Below, one piece after another: positions 25,562 through 38,590 of a DNA stretch of 46,929 nucleotides. The DNA is taken from assembly GCF_006345805.1 (NCBI RefSeq), contig NW_021834583.1:1-46929 (forward strand), given 5' to 3'. The position numbers were made by a program, and so were the translations under genes. Below the pieces are notes generated by a model. That model made no database searches and was not told where the DNA came from. It saw nothing but the letters and a program-made list of their open reading frames with translations. The first letter of the stretch is position 1; each line of letters opens with the position of its first letter. The DNA comes from Octopus sinensis. Its lineage: Eukaryota.

Positions 25562-26596
25562 ATAGTAGCTAACTATTTTCATTTTTCATTATCTATATTG
25601 CTTATTCAGTACTGGAAGTGCAATAACCTTAACCTTTCCCTGAACATCAACACTAATGAAAGCAGAAAGTTATCACCAGACAGCAGATCTGACTCAAATA
25701 TCTACAAGAAAATAGATCCCACTAAACGAGGGATAAAATCATTGATGAACTTTACTGTTAACTTAATATGAACTTGTGGCCGTCAGACTGGCAGCCTATC
25801 GACATTCATTATATGCAAGTTTCTGAATAGATTGACCATTGACCAGTATTCTTAATTGATTTAACACGAAATAACTTATGCACATTAGCTAAAGACCAGT
25901 TTTAATATCTATTCCTCACAAATTCTATTATCTAGCTAGTCTTTAAATTCTCTAACGTATCGCAATATAGGTAGAAATTATCTCGGTGATATTCAAATTT
26001 ATTTTACAAACTGAAGAGAAATTTCTCTCTGCCATGAAAAGTCTGTTTTTAATTCAATGCACTGGAAGGACATGTAACCTATAAACTCACTGGTAATTAA
26101 CTGATTAACGGCCAACTTTCATACCTCTTCCGCGAAGCACAGGATTGAAGTTGCTTTACGAGATCGTTCTTGTGCCGTTCCTTCTTAAATTTGCAGATGT
26201 CATTGAGAGATTGGGTGTGAGTGCAGTGTGAAGTCATAATCTAATCGCGCGAGGGCTAGATTATCTGACAGGCAACAATTAAGCACGGGCTATAGATTAC
26301 AATGATTGGTACAAACATCTTCAGACGCTTGGAAAAACCGCCTTACGCGATTCAGGTTGAAGACATCGATTCCTGGCTGGAATTTCTTCGTTTAATTTAT
26401 GTTTGAGAAAGGTAAGTAAGACGCAGAAACCCATGTGAGGCTCTCCATGAACATATAAAAATTGGTTGGTAAGGAAACATCATCATCATCAGCACCACCA
26501 CCACAATCACCACCACCACCACCACCACCACCACCATCATCATCATCAGCATCATCATCATCATCATCATCAACATCATCGTTATTATTATATCGT

Positions 26597-26958
26597 GGAG
26601 GCGCAATGGCCCAGTGGTTAGGGCAGCGGACTCGCGGTTTCGATTCTCACACCGGGCGTTGTGTGTGTTTATTGAGCGAAAACACCTAAAGCTCCACGAT
26701 GCTCCGGCAACGGGTGGTTGCGACCCATGTTGTACTCTTTCGCTCCAACTTTCTCTCACCCTTTCTTCCTGTTTCTTGTCCCCGACTTCCTTCGCAATCG
26801 CTGAGCCTGGATGCACATTAATCGATCCGTCGATGCTCTCGGTGTCGGGGGTTGACCTGCTTTCTCTTCTGCAGGTCTTACGAATAGCAAAGGACCACGT
26901 TTCGGACTTCAGAGACGAAGACCGCTTCGCTTAACAAACAGACAAACAAACAAGCAAC
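26597..26958 (+). mobile_element. tRNA-derived SINE with (ACAA)n tail
   Basis: GGAGGCGCAATGGCCCAGTGGTTAGGG (A box), GGTTTCGATTCTC (B box), ends GCTTCGCTT followed by (AACA)n. Confidence 0.75.
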
Positions 26959-27460
26959 ATACACACACAACATGTAAAAATTCATTTTTTCCAAATTTTT
27001 AACGATCAAACTTTGAGAGAAAAATATCTCAGTGTGCTGATTCTGATCCAAATTAGATTCATCAAACTTCACCTACCCTACCAAAGAACAAAGAGGATAG
27101 AGCAAAAACGAATTTGTCTTTCTTTCGATGTGCAGAGCCATACAGCTAGTAAACATTAATTTCGTTTCGTTACCGTTTAGGTTAAATTCCATTTGTTCCC
27201 TTTTTATTAAATCGAGGGAACAAAATATCTGCGTTATTTTCCGTTGCCTTCAACATCCAAGCTGTAATTTAGATATGTACAGTCGTCGTTGCTTCTTGAT
27301 AAAATACTCCTCAAATTTATAAAGCTACTCTAGTTTACAGCAACTAAGACTGATACTTAAGTGCATCTTCATGAGTCCATTTGCTGAAATAGAAAGACAA
27401 ATGTCTAAATGCATTCGTAACTAACATAAATGACAGGACAAAATATATAAAATCAATCTC

Positions 27461-27913
27461 GTATCTTTTCGGTTTGAACGGCAGTTTTTAACATAATTTC
27501 TAGGCAACTAAAAAATTTTAAACTTCGTATACTGGTAGAATGTGTTTATAAAACATCTTTTTCACTTGGCTTTATTGAGAAAATTCTATAGTTTGTAAGA
27601 TATTTGTTGTTTTTTTCTTCAATTTCTGCAATTTCAACCAATCACTGACGTCCATTGAGGTAAAAATACATTCTGTGCCTTATGCATATGTCCCTCGTTT
27701 AAGAAACAGATTGGGTTTATTTACATTTGTGAAGAAAAAAAAATACCCTTCCCCCCACCCCTAACCCTAACCCTAACTAGCACTAACTAACATTAACTAA
27801 ACCTAACCCTAAAACAGATTGAAATGCAATAGATCGATACTAGGGTCATAATTATGGGTGACAATTTCACATGACACCGCTAGAAAAAACTGCCGTTCAA
27901 ACCGAAAAGATTC
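27461..27913. mobile_element. MITE (~450 bp) with ~25-bp TIRs and internal TAACCC repeats, copy 1
   Basis: ATCTTTTCGGTTTGAACGGCAGTTTT ... AAAACTGCCGTTCAAACCGAAAAGAT. Opposite orientation to copies 2 and 3; no TSD seen. Confidence 0.85.
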
Positions 27914-28461
27914 GAGAAAGAAAATAAGAATCATACACAGATGGATAGAACAGGACCGATATTCTTAGATATAAGATGTTTTCATTTGAAATAGAATGTT
28001 TTTGAAATTAAATATCACAAGGCTGGGCGTAATCTTGGCTCATAATTCAAAGTGCTGACCTCTCAGATTGCTGTGCCATGTAGTTTTATTTCTGTCATCT
28101 AAGCAGTCTGTTTTTCTAACGAGTTATAAGAAATGATAAATTTACGATGAAAGTGTTCAGCCTCAAATCGGGAAACTTCTAATTTATTTTATATCGATTC
28201 AAATAAGCAAATAATAGAAAATACATTAAAACTTTCGAGATTTCTTTAAATTTCATCCTATTCCTGGAAAGATAAGAAGGAAAATCATAGATAAATAAAA
28301 CGGGGGTGGGGGAGATATCAAAGAAAAATTAATTTCGAGACATCGACAAAATAAAAAACAAATCAACAAAAACATACATAAACAATGAAGAAAAGCGAAA
28401 GAAAAAAACAATGAAAAAACTTCAACCAGATTTTAATTTATAAAATTAATAGACAGGTGGT

Positions 28462-28494
<33 letters not shown>

Positions 28495-28891
28495 CAATGA
28501 CTGAAAGCAAATTATTATGGTTCCACGAACAAAGAGGTTTATTACAGTTTAATTTATCTATATTAACTGTAAGATAAGAAGGAATCGACGTGTTTGCAGC
28601 TCTCGCTTTTCCTATCTCTGATATACGAAAATTGAAATTTGCAATGACTTTTTATATCCGTTGCTTTCAGTTTGTGACATTGCTGAATGTTTTGGTAAAT
28701 GATAAATTGCCTGGTTTGAAAAATGTAGAGAGTTCATATACGTTCCCGGGCCCCGTAATGGGTCTATGACAAAGAAAATGATGTTTCCATTTGGTAAAAT
28801 CGCCTGCTGTCCTCTTAGTATTTGATTGACTTTCCTCCTCCTGATTAAAAACCATTGATATTATTGCAGTGGTAGAACATGCAGAGCGTGG

Positions 28892-29085
28892 AAGGCGGCG
28901 TGCTGGCAGACACGTTAGCACGCCTGGCGAAATGCTTAGCAGTATTTCGTCTGCCGCTACTTTACCATTCATTCATTCGGGATCGATAAATTGAGTACCA
29001 GTTACGCACTGGTTCGATGTAATCGACTTAATCCCTTTGTCTGTCCTTGTTTGTCCCGTCTATGTTTAGCCTCTTGTGGGGCCAT
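28892..29085 (+). mobile_element. SINE family C (internal deletion)
   Basis: AAGGCGGCGTGCTGGCAGA...GATGTAATCGACTTAATCCC...TTTAGCCTCTTGTGGG. Confidence 0.8.
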
Positions 29086-29257
29086 GGAGAGAACTAAGAC
29101 AGGAGTGAAGTCCGCCTTTGGGCTCACCTATTTCAGAGACACTGGAAGTTTCTCTTCTTCTACATACATAATTCATAATCTTGAGTGTTAGTAAGAGGAT
29201 CGATTCATTCCGATACTCACTAATATAGCTCCTTTAAAAATGATATTTTCAGATTCT

Positions 29258-29445
29258 AAGGTGCGAGTTGGCAGAAACGTTAGCACGTAGGGCAAAATGC
29301 TTAGCGGTATTTCGTCTGTCTTTATGTTCTGAGTTCAAATTCCGCCGAGGTCAGCTTTGCCTTTCATCCTTTCGGGGTCGATAAATTAAGTACTGGTTAC
29401 GCACTGTGGTCGATGTAATCGACCTTATCCGTTTGTCTGTCCTTG
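29258..29445 (+). mobile_element. SINE family C (3'-truncated)
   Basis: GAGTTGGCAGAAACGTTAGCAC...CCTTTCATCCTTTCGGGGTCGATAAATT. Confidence 0.85.
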
Positions 29446-29521
29446 ACCTTCTATTTATAAATGTTCTAAAATCTTCACAGTCTTGGTTTTTTTTTATCTC
29501 ATTACGGAAAAAGTTTATATA

Positions 29522-29781
29522 TATATTTCGGAATGGTCATATTGCCAGTTTAGCCAATAAAAAACACACGCACTATATATTTGGTGTTATTTTGCTTCAG
29601 TGATATTTATTTTTTACATTAATCTTAATCTTATTTCGGCCAAAGTTCTTTCGTCACACTCCTGTGACCGCATCAGTGGTCCTTTGTTTTCTTCTCACTT
29701 ACTTGTGTCTCTCCTTACTAACCGTCAGCCATTTTAGCCATTTTATTGGCTAAACTGGCAATATGACCATTCCGAAATATA
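29522..29781. repeat. 41-bp perfect inverted repeat (29522-29562 and 29741-29781) around a 178-bp spacer containing a degenerate hammerhead-like motif
   Basis: TATATTTCGGAATGGTCATATTGCCAGTTTAGCCAATAAAA and its exact reverse complement. Minus strand 29638-29681 reads GACCA-CTGATGCG-GTCAC(AGGAGT)GTGAC-GAAA-GAACTT-TGGCC. Confidence 0.75.
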
Positions 29782-31062
29782 ACAATATCTGTTTCAACAC
29801 ACGACTTCACATAAAAAATCTTGCACAACAAATATTTATATATATAGCTATTTATGTTTGGGTATACAGAAGTGAATGTACTGGAGGAAATGACTGTAGT
29901 TATAAGTGGATTAATAACACCACAAGTATCGATTTCATAATGGTGCACATGATCTGCCCATCAATTATAGGTGAGAAAATATTCCATAAAAAGTGATGAT
30001 GTTGATAATGATGGTGATAGTGATGTCGTGTTCAAATTAATTAATACGATAATTTAGTTAAATATTTAAACCAGAGCGTCGACTCATTAAAAAATTAACT
30101 CCGCTTTTCTGTCCTGAATACTTCTCATCAAAACATGCAAACAAAAAAACATCATTATGTCGAAAATAAGATAAATATTGTTTTCAGATTTTGGCACAAG
30201 GCCAGCAATTTTGGGAAAGGAGTGAAGTCGATTGCATCGACCCCCATGGTTCAATTGGTGCTTATTTTATCGATTCTGAAAGGCTGAAAGGCAAATTCCA
30301 ACTCGATGGAATTTAAACTCTCAATGTAAGACGGACTATAGAATAATATAAATATTAATATTAGAAAAAAATATAGGAGATTGAATGAATCTCATGATGA
30401 CTTAATAGATAAAAAAAAGTCAGACGCACACTTCTATCTAAAGTCTTTAAAAGTAGCTGTTTACATTTTCTTCCATATAACCTATTATGATATAATTTGA
30501 AAAAATACTAATTTTAGAATTGGCCAAAAAATCGCCATAACTGAACAGACTGGGAATAAAATTATATAAGTCATTTTTTAATGCAAATTTAACTGGATTT
30601 TGAATGACTATTGCATCTTATAAAGGGATAGAAGGGAATTGAAAGGTCAGCTACAAGGAATTAAAAGGCTTGCTACACGGAATTCAAACGGCTTGAAATT
30701 TCTAGCTTATTGAAATTTACCCCTATTACAACGCCACCTTTGACAAAGCTATCTTTTCTTTGTAACAGTAGATCTCGAAGGACATAAAGTTATAAATAAT
30801 AACATTGGGTGGAAACATTATTGTGAATATAAAATAAAAGCGACGAATACCCATGACCGAACGCTTGACATGAATACCAGAGACGCTGGTTCGGATCCCA
30901 CGCCCTACCTTTGACTTTTTCTTACCAAAATGGCTTTTTAACCCAATATTTACATGCTATCCTTTCTAGCTGTACTTGTTTCAAGATACATCGTTCCAGA
31001 AAGTTATTATTTCACGTCTTCTCGAAAGATTATATATACTTATGGCGTATAAGGGTATTTTC

Positions 31063-32127
31063 AACTAAGTCCAAATTCTTCTCATATAAGTGGTTGCGTG
31101 GTTAGTAAATTATGAGATTAATATCTTCCTTAAGCGCATTTGCGAATCAAAACTATATTTCCAGTATCCATATGCAAGGTGGTTATCTCTGGGTCTTCAT
31201 TATTCAGCACCAAACAGATAAATAATCCTTCACCGTTGGAATAACATAAAAACCAGAAAAGAGAAGGGAAAAGTGACATGGCAAGAAGAAATAAGGGATT
31301 TGAATAACTTGTTTGTTCTCCAATTGTTTTAGATCTCTGTTCTGTCTTCTGAAGCATAAAGGGATTGGAAATGTTAGAATAGTCTCTCGGTGAGAGGAAT
31401 TAAGTCTACTGGAAGAAAGTGTTATCAGTTCGTCAACGAGGAATTCGCATCAAACCTGATCATCGAAATAATCGCCAAGATTTAAATTAAGATTTAGGAC
31501 CTTGTGTGGAACTTTTACCGGTGAGTGTGTTACTTTGTAAGACACAAAAAGAAAATGACTCTCCCCAGACACAACAGAATAATTCTTTTCTGTTATTCAA
31601 TTATCACTGCTTCATTTAACATAATTTTTTAAAAACTGCTTTGATGGGGGTGGGACAAAACAACAGTGATTAAAGACGATAGACATATTTAACTAAGTCA
31701 AAAGTTCTTTTAGTTAACTGAAATAAGTTTGAAAAAATGCGAATTTTACTTTTTACGGAAAGGAATCTATGACGCGAAACCATGTCCCAATATCGACATG
31801 GTGGTTATCTCCGGGTCTTCATTATTTAGCGCCAAACTCATAAATAATCCCTCACAGGTGAAGAAAGTAAAATAGAAAAAAAGAAGAAAAGAGAAAAGTG
31901 AGTTAGCAAGAAGAAATAAGGATTTCGAATAACGTTTTTGATCTGCCGTTGTTTTAGATCTCTCCTCTGTGTTCTGAAGCATGAATAGATTGGAAATGTT
32001 AGAATAGACTCTCGATGAGCGGAATTAAGTCTACTGGAAGAAAGTGTTATCAGTTGCTCAACGAGGAATTCGCATCAAATCTGATCATCGGAATGATCAC
32101 CAAGATTTAAATTAAGATTTAGGACCT
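31063..32127. repeat. Diverged direct duplication, period ~625 bp
   Basis: 31179-31502 aligns with 31801-32127 at roughly 80-85% by eye; AACTAAGTC anchors at 31063 and 31691. Confidence 0.85.
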
Positions 32128-33105
32128 GTATTACCGAGCCAAAATCGGATTAGAAGGAAATAAAGTTTGTGAACAATGAAAATGTGCAGAAGTCACGTAT
32201 TAATGATATAACGGAGACAGAAACAGTTAAATTCTCTAAATGATTATATAGTAGGACAGCTGTAGGATCTTGATGTGACGATCTTACGGTCACTTATTTA
32301 ATTCTGGAAATATATATTGCATAGGAATTTGCCGACAATGTCTTTGATATTGATCAATATTTTTGACTTACACTTTCTTTCCAAAAATATGTTAGTTGTG
32401 ATGAGCAACTGGAGAATTTTAGCGCATTTAAAGTTTGTGTAATTGATTTAGTTCTGTAATTTTATGTGACTTTAACAGAATCCTGAATTAATTTATGATT
32501 ATCGTCTGAAATAGAATTACAATTGAAAGTCGATGCTGCTCAAAGATAAACAATATTACAACGATTAGTCACAGTTGTTATAACAACGATTAATAATTAT
32601 TCTATAAGAAGAATAAACGTATTTATTTAGTATCTTTTAGCTATTAAAGTTAAGGCCAAGCTGTAGCATAGTCAACATAGTCATAGCAGATGTGTATAAT
32701 ATATTTTTATAGTACAGTGGTTATAGTAGAATTACAGTTTTTAGTCAAGATAGAACTACATATCACGGTATTTACAAATGCACTTTTATTACTAGTTCGA
32801 ATATACCAGTAGCTCGTTCGGACCTGTAAATAAGCTATTCACTGTGTTTTTTTTTCTTGGAGGAATTTTTTCGCTGTAGACAAATGGTGTAAATACACTT
32901 GAATCAGCTCGCTGCGGCACCTATCCATACTGTGAGATGAAAGCATTTCGGATTGGTTATCTCCTCTACAGACACAGAAACCGGATGATGGCGCTGTATT
33001 TACAGTAGAAGCAGATAGTAACGTGGTTATAGTTCAGTGGATATAGAAGTATATAGTACATTGATAAATAGAAGTACATAATTCAGTCATAATAGAAGCC
33101 AGCTG

Positions 33106-33547
33106 GGATCTTTTCGGTTTGAACGGCAGGTTTTCTAGCGGAGTCATATGAAATTGTCACCCATAATTATGACCCTAGAATTGATCTATTGCATTTCAAT
33201 CTGTTTTAGGGTTAGGGTTAAAATTAGGGTTCGGGTTCGGGTTAGGGGTGGTGGAAGAGTATCTTTTTTTCTTCACAAATGTAAATAAACCCAATCTGTT
33301 TCTTAAACGAGGGACATATTCATACGGCACAAAATGTTTTTTTACCTCAATCGACGTATTTGATTGGTTGAAATTGCAGAAATTGAAGAAAAAACAACAA
33401 CAAATATCTTACAAACTATAGAATTTTCTCAATAAAGCCAAGAAAAAAAGATGTTTGATAAACACATTCTACCAGTATACAAAGTTAAAAAGTGTTTAGT
33501 TACGTGGAAATTATTTTAAAAAACTGCCGTTCAAACCGAAAAGAACC
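33106..33547. mobile_element. MITE copy 2 (left component of the composite unit)
   Basis: GGATCTTTTCGGTTTGAACGGCAG ... CTGCCGTTCAAACCGAAAAGAACC; preceded by GCCAGCTG (33098-33105). Confidence 0.85.
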
Positions 33548-33778
33548 ATGGCTTGAAGACGCCATCCTCAAAATAGAAATGGCTAGGAAAGCCGAGAGCA
33601 AATTTACAAAATCTGGAAACATGCCACACAGGGCAGGTTTCCGGTGCAAAGAATTTGCACAACCGAATGTATTAGTTGTTGCACAACTTTTACATAAAAA
33701 AGACAATACAATACACAACTTTTAAAGGCAGTAAAGGGCAAACTTACTACGAGCCGATGTGACTATCGTCCGTCCATG

Positions 33779-33779
<1 letters not shown>
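33548..33779 (-). mobile_element. Putative 5' end of a Tx1/L1-like element abutting (GATA)n, cut off by the MITE
   Basis: 33548-33669 is homologous to 35928-36049. On the minus strand the piece starts directly after (TATC)n and reaches ATG GCG TCT TCA AGC CAT (MASSSH). Confidence 0.5.
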
Positions 33780-33812
<33 letters not shown>

Positions 33813-33813
33813 G

Positions 33814-33848
<35 letters not shown>

Positions 33849-34040
33849 GTAGATAGGTAGATAGATAGATAGATAGGTAGATAGGTAGATAGATAGATAG
33901 ATAGGTAGATAGATAGATAGATAGATAAAGATAGCTAGATTGATAGATAGATAGATAGATAGATAGATAGACAAAGATAGATACATAGCTAGATAAAAAT
34001 AGATAGAGAGATAGATAAAGATAGATAGAGAGATAGATAG
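33780..34040. repeat. (GATA)n microsatellite
   Basis: Direct reading. Confidence 0.95.
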
Positions 34041-35047
34041 AAAAGTTTCTTTATAGGCGACACAGGGCTGCACACAGATGGGACAAGTTACAAGGTAGAG
34101 CTTTTCTTTTGGGGGAGAAAAAAAAAGGGGCGTAGGTTTCCGATCAAAAGGGATCGTAAAAGGGAAAAAAGAACAAATAAAAGGAAAAAAAGAAAAAAAG
34201 GAAAAGAAAAAAAAGAAAAGAGGGAAAAGGAACAAAAGCAAAGAAAAATGAAAAAAGAAGAGAAAAGAGGAAAAAAGGGGAAGAGGAAAAAAAACCATCA
34301 ATAGGGATCGAGTATCACAGTGTCATGATGTATGGTGTAAAGGGGAAAGCAAGTAAGGTTTATCCGTGGGAAGAAAAGCCTACGAAAAAGACCACGGTAA
34401 CCTCGGTCAATATTGTTATATGTTACCACATTTGTTTGCAAGTGGGTAACCCCCTGTTTTCAATTTCTGGGTTCATAGGACCCAGAAAGGTGGCTTCGTC
34501 ATTCATACGTGCCATCCTTGCTACATTCACCCATCTTTTTTTAAAACGTTCGCTAGACAAAACTTGCCTCTCTACTCTCACTTTCCTTTTCAAGTGGTAC
34601 TTGAAGAAGTTGATGAGAGGTTGACCAGAGAGGAAAGTGTTTGTCTCCAATCCTTTCAGACGCGTCCACCAGATACATTCTTTCGCCATAGCCACAAGGA
34701 TGATGAAAGTAGCTCTTCCTTCCCGTTTGAAGGAAGGAGGCGTGACAATATTGACGATAGACTCAGCTGATAAACCGACTCGTCCCACACGTGACAGCAG
34801 TTGTTCGACACAAGCCCACAGGTCGGAAATTGTTGGACACTGCACGAGTGCGTGCAGAACGGTTTCGTCGCTCTGACCGCATCTCGGGCAGGTCGGCCCC
34901 GTGTTTCTCGAGCCGTATCTGTAGAGCTTATCCCGAACGGGTAGCGCTTCTCGGTAGCACTGCCAGGCCAGGGATCTCTGGAAGCTGTCCATGGGCCCTG
35001 GCCCGAAAGTCGTTCCATACAGGCGGGTCAGGTATTCCTCGTCGACG
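34041..35047 (-). mobile_element. 5'-truncated L1-clade (Tx1-like) LINE: ORF2 C-terminus plus 3'UTR, inserted in (GATA)n
   Basis: Open frame 35046-34423: FQRSLAWQCYREALPVRDKL (zf-RVT-like), CPRCGQSDETVLHALVQC (CCHC knuckle), FKKRW. Pyrimidine-rich 3'UTR; GATA repeats on both sides. Confidence 0.85.
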
Positions 35048-35049
35048 TA

Positions 35050-35367
<318 letters not shown>

Positions 35368-36049
35368 ATCTATTTATTGGCCACACAGGGCTAAATACAG
35401 AAGGGACAATTACAATGTAGAGTTTTTCTTTTCGAGGGGGGAGGGGGCGAAGAGAAAAAAGCAAAAAAAAAACAACAATGGTGATGTTTGTGGCAGAGTT
35501 GTCCGTAGTTGACCGTGAAGTTGTTGTCTGGGTGCTTTGAATTTGTGTGTCGGTGGCGTTGTTGGCGTTCATACTCACACCTGCACCTGTGCTGCTTCTC
35601 CCCTCCTCCCCTCCTTCATGAAGCTGTGGGGAAGGCAGGGTAGAGAAATCAACGTCGTATGCGTTGTCAAGGAGACAGACAGACAGTGGTGGTGATGGTG
35701 ATGTTTGCGACAGAGTTGTCCGTAGTTGACTGTGAAGCTGTCGTCTGGGTTCTTTCAATTTTTTCGTGTGTCGGTGGCGGCGGTGTTGGCGTTCATGCTC
35801 ACACCTGCACCTGTGTCGCTCCTCCCCTTCTCCCCCCCCCTTCATGAAGCTGTGGTGAAGGCAGGGCATGGAAATCACTGTCGTAGGCGTTGTCAAGGAA
35901 ACCGGTGTTCTTCGCAACGACGACTTTATGGCTTGAAGACGCCATGCTCAAAACAGAAATGGCTAGGAAAGCTGAAAACAAATTTACAAAATCGGGAAAC
36001 ACGCCACACGGGGCAGGTTTCCCGTGCAAAGAATTTGCACAACCGAATG
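35368..36049 (-). mobile_element. Internally deleted Tx1-like derivative (putative 5' region, ~217-bp internal duplication, 3' terminus)
   Basis: 35368-35470 matches the 3' terminus at 34041-34130. ATGGTGATGTTTG repeats at 35478 and 35695. 35928-36049 matches 33548-33669. Confidence 0.55.
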
Positions 36050-36465
36050 GGATCTTTTCGGTTTGAACGACAGTTTTTTCTAGCGGTGTCATATGAAATT
36101 GTCACCCACAATTATGACCCTAGTATCGATCTATTGCATTTCAATCTGTTTTAGGGTTAGGGGTGGGGGGAAGTGTATATTTTTTTCTTCACAAATGTAA
36201 ATAAACCAATCTGTTTCTTAAACGAGGGACAGAATGTTTTTATGGCACAGATGGGTTTTTTTTTATCTCAATAGACATCAGTGATTGGTTGAAATTGCAG
36301 AAATTGAAGAAAAAAACAACAAATATCTTACAAACTATAGAATTTTCTCAATAAAACCAAGAGAAAAAGATGTTTTATAAACACATTCTACCAGTATACG
36401 AAGTTTAAAATTTTTCAGTTACCTAGAATTTATGTTAAAAACTGCCGTTCAAACCGAAAAGATCC
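36050..36465. mobile_element. MITE copy 3 (right component of the composite unit)
   Basis: GGATCTTTTCGGTTTGAAC ... GTTCAAACCGAAAAGATCC; followed by GCCAGCTG (36466-36473); same orientation as copy 2. Confidence 0.85.
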
Positions 36466-37079
36466 GCCAGCTGTACTATTGTTACTGTAGGAGTCCATAG
36501 TAGTGTGGTCGTAGTAGAAGGACGTAGTAATCTGATTGTAGCAGAAGTCTATAGTTCTTTGCTTATAGTACAAGTATATAAAGCTGCAGTTTTTTGTAGA
36601 AGCCCGTAGTATTGTGCTTATAGAAAATAAAACGTAGCATTCATGTTACAGCACATTATTTGATTTCCAGAAGAATTTTGAGGTTGGTCTATAGTTTTGA
36701 ATTCAGTGTAGGAAAGGTACGATTGTATAGCAAGCATCTATTCTACCCTAAAAATAAATCTCGTTGTTCTCACTTAAAATAAACTATTATCTCTTTAATT
36801 AACATCTGTTGATTCCATAATTGATTACATAATCAAATGGATTGAGGAGCCTTTAGAGAAGAAACAACCGAGGCATTAGTAGCGTGTGCTGAGATTCGTG
36901 ACGACATCTCTTACACGCAGTTCATTGGATAAATAATTACTGCTTCATGTCATGTATTGTACTTCTGAAATAAAAGTTATTGAATGACGTAATTGTAACA
37001 CAGGAGAGCTGGCACTACTATTTGCAAATTGTCTTTAGAAAACATTGATGTAACTCACAAGGATTACCGTGCATACGCT

Positions 37080-37160
37080 CACAGCTGCAATGCTACACAG
37101 ATTTACTAAATTCTGATGAAACCAGGTTTCGTCTCCTCATTGCAGATAAAAAAGATTTTG
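37080..37160 (+). pseudogene. Possible Tc1-like transposase relic (first catalytic Asp motif)
   Basis: Reads LLNSDETRFRLLIAD, resembling Tc1 FSDES.F.L...DG. Short match only. Confidence 0.3.
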
Positions 37161-37348
37161 CCTTCAAACTGATTTTACTCGATCTTTTAGCAGACCATCA
37201 CCCAACATCAAATATCCATCATGAAGCTGTTTTATTCATTCTGTAACCGCTATGATAAATGGCATGGCTCTTGGCGCCTGTATCCATAATAAACATGTTA
37301 AAACACTAAACACTCGTTTTGACCGCAGTTCCTCGACTATCACTGATT

Positions 37349-37511
37349 AGCGCAGAAGTAGCTGTGTGGTAATTAGCTTGCTTGCTAACTACGTGGTTGT
37401 GGGTTCAGTCCCACTGCGTGGTATCTTGGGCAAGTGTCTTCTACTAGCGCCTCGGGTCGACCGAAGCCTTGTGAGTGGATTTGGTAGACGGAAACTGAAA
37501 GAAGCTCGTCG

Positions 37512-37512
<1 letters not shown>
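37349..37512 (+). mobile_element. SINE family B, 5' half
   Basis: AGCGCAGAAGTAGCTGTGTGGTAA...GGTTCAGTCCCACTGCGTGG...GGAAACTGAAAGAAGC. Confidence 0.85.
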
Positions 37513-37556
<44 letters not shown>

Positions 37557-37647
37557 TTGTGTATCTGTATTTGTCCCATATATATTTATATAAATGTATA
37601 TATATATACATATGTATATATATGTATGTATATATATATATATACAC

Positions 37648-37697
<50 letters not shown>

Positions 37698-37984
37698 CCA
37701 TATATAATACACACGTGCGCACACGCACACTCACGTATTACATTTCCTCTTTCATGTAGTCCATCCAGAAACAAATAAATATAATTTAATATACAAAGCA
37801 TTTAAATATGACTTACTAACAGTTTCATACCGTGGACACATAATAAAGCGCGTTTATATGACGCTGCTCCAAACATGGCACAGAGCACATCAGTAATTAA
37901 TGTTACCTGACACTCCAGCCAACCAGCCAGCCAGCCTTCACCAAGTCCGAGTTTCAGTCCGGTTAATACCAACCCTGGCAGCAC

Positions 37985-38372
37985 AACGACAGAGCTCACA
38001 CCAATTGATTCACAACCAGCTCTACAACAATGGACTCTCCTACCTTTCACAAGAGATGATACAGGTAGTTGTTCATATATTTCTATTTTGGTTGGATGAC
38101 GCTTCCACGAGAGATTTTGAGCTCTCATAAGTAGGCGAGTCTAAGTTCCATCCAACCGCCTCTCAAGCTTCTTTGATTACGTCCAGGTTTCTGAGCCATA
38201 TAGTAGAATTGGTTCGACTGTGGCTTTGAAGATTTTAAGTTTGAAGTCTCTACTTAGATTTGATGACGAGATCTTATGCATGTCATTACAGGCTGACCAG
38301 GCCATACCCTTTCTAGTTAGAAAGTCTTTTCCAGATGATGATATGTATGACCCAAGTTATTTGTAATCAGAA
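37985..38372 (-). pseudogene. RTE-clade LINE ORF2 fragment (RT end/thumb)
   Basis: Reads DYK*LGSYISSSGKDF..RKGMAWSAC...KLKIFKATVEPILLYGSETW...RAQNLSWKRHPT. Same family as the 46-kb fragments. Confidence 0.8.
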
Positions 38373-38554
38373 ACCATATTTAAGGGCGTATTGTTGAGAG
38401 TATGGCACTTGTTTACATACTTGTTTACAGACTGAATATGTAAACAAGTTGCTGACCGCTGTAATGCCAAACATGTAGACTTTGCTGAGGGACTGTCCTG
38501 CAAAACGCTTTGCATCCCACCTAGATGGCAGGACACCGTATTTGACACTATACG

Positions 38555-38590
<36 letters not shown>

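Noticed and set aside
27759-27812. True telomere or chromosome-fusion scar
   Set aside because: Only about three repeats, and they are internal to a multicopy MITE.
33740-33779. HDV-like ribozyme at the putative Tx1 5' end
   Set aside because: A P3/L3-like segment is possible, but no adequate P1 or P2 pairing was found.
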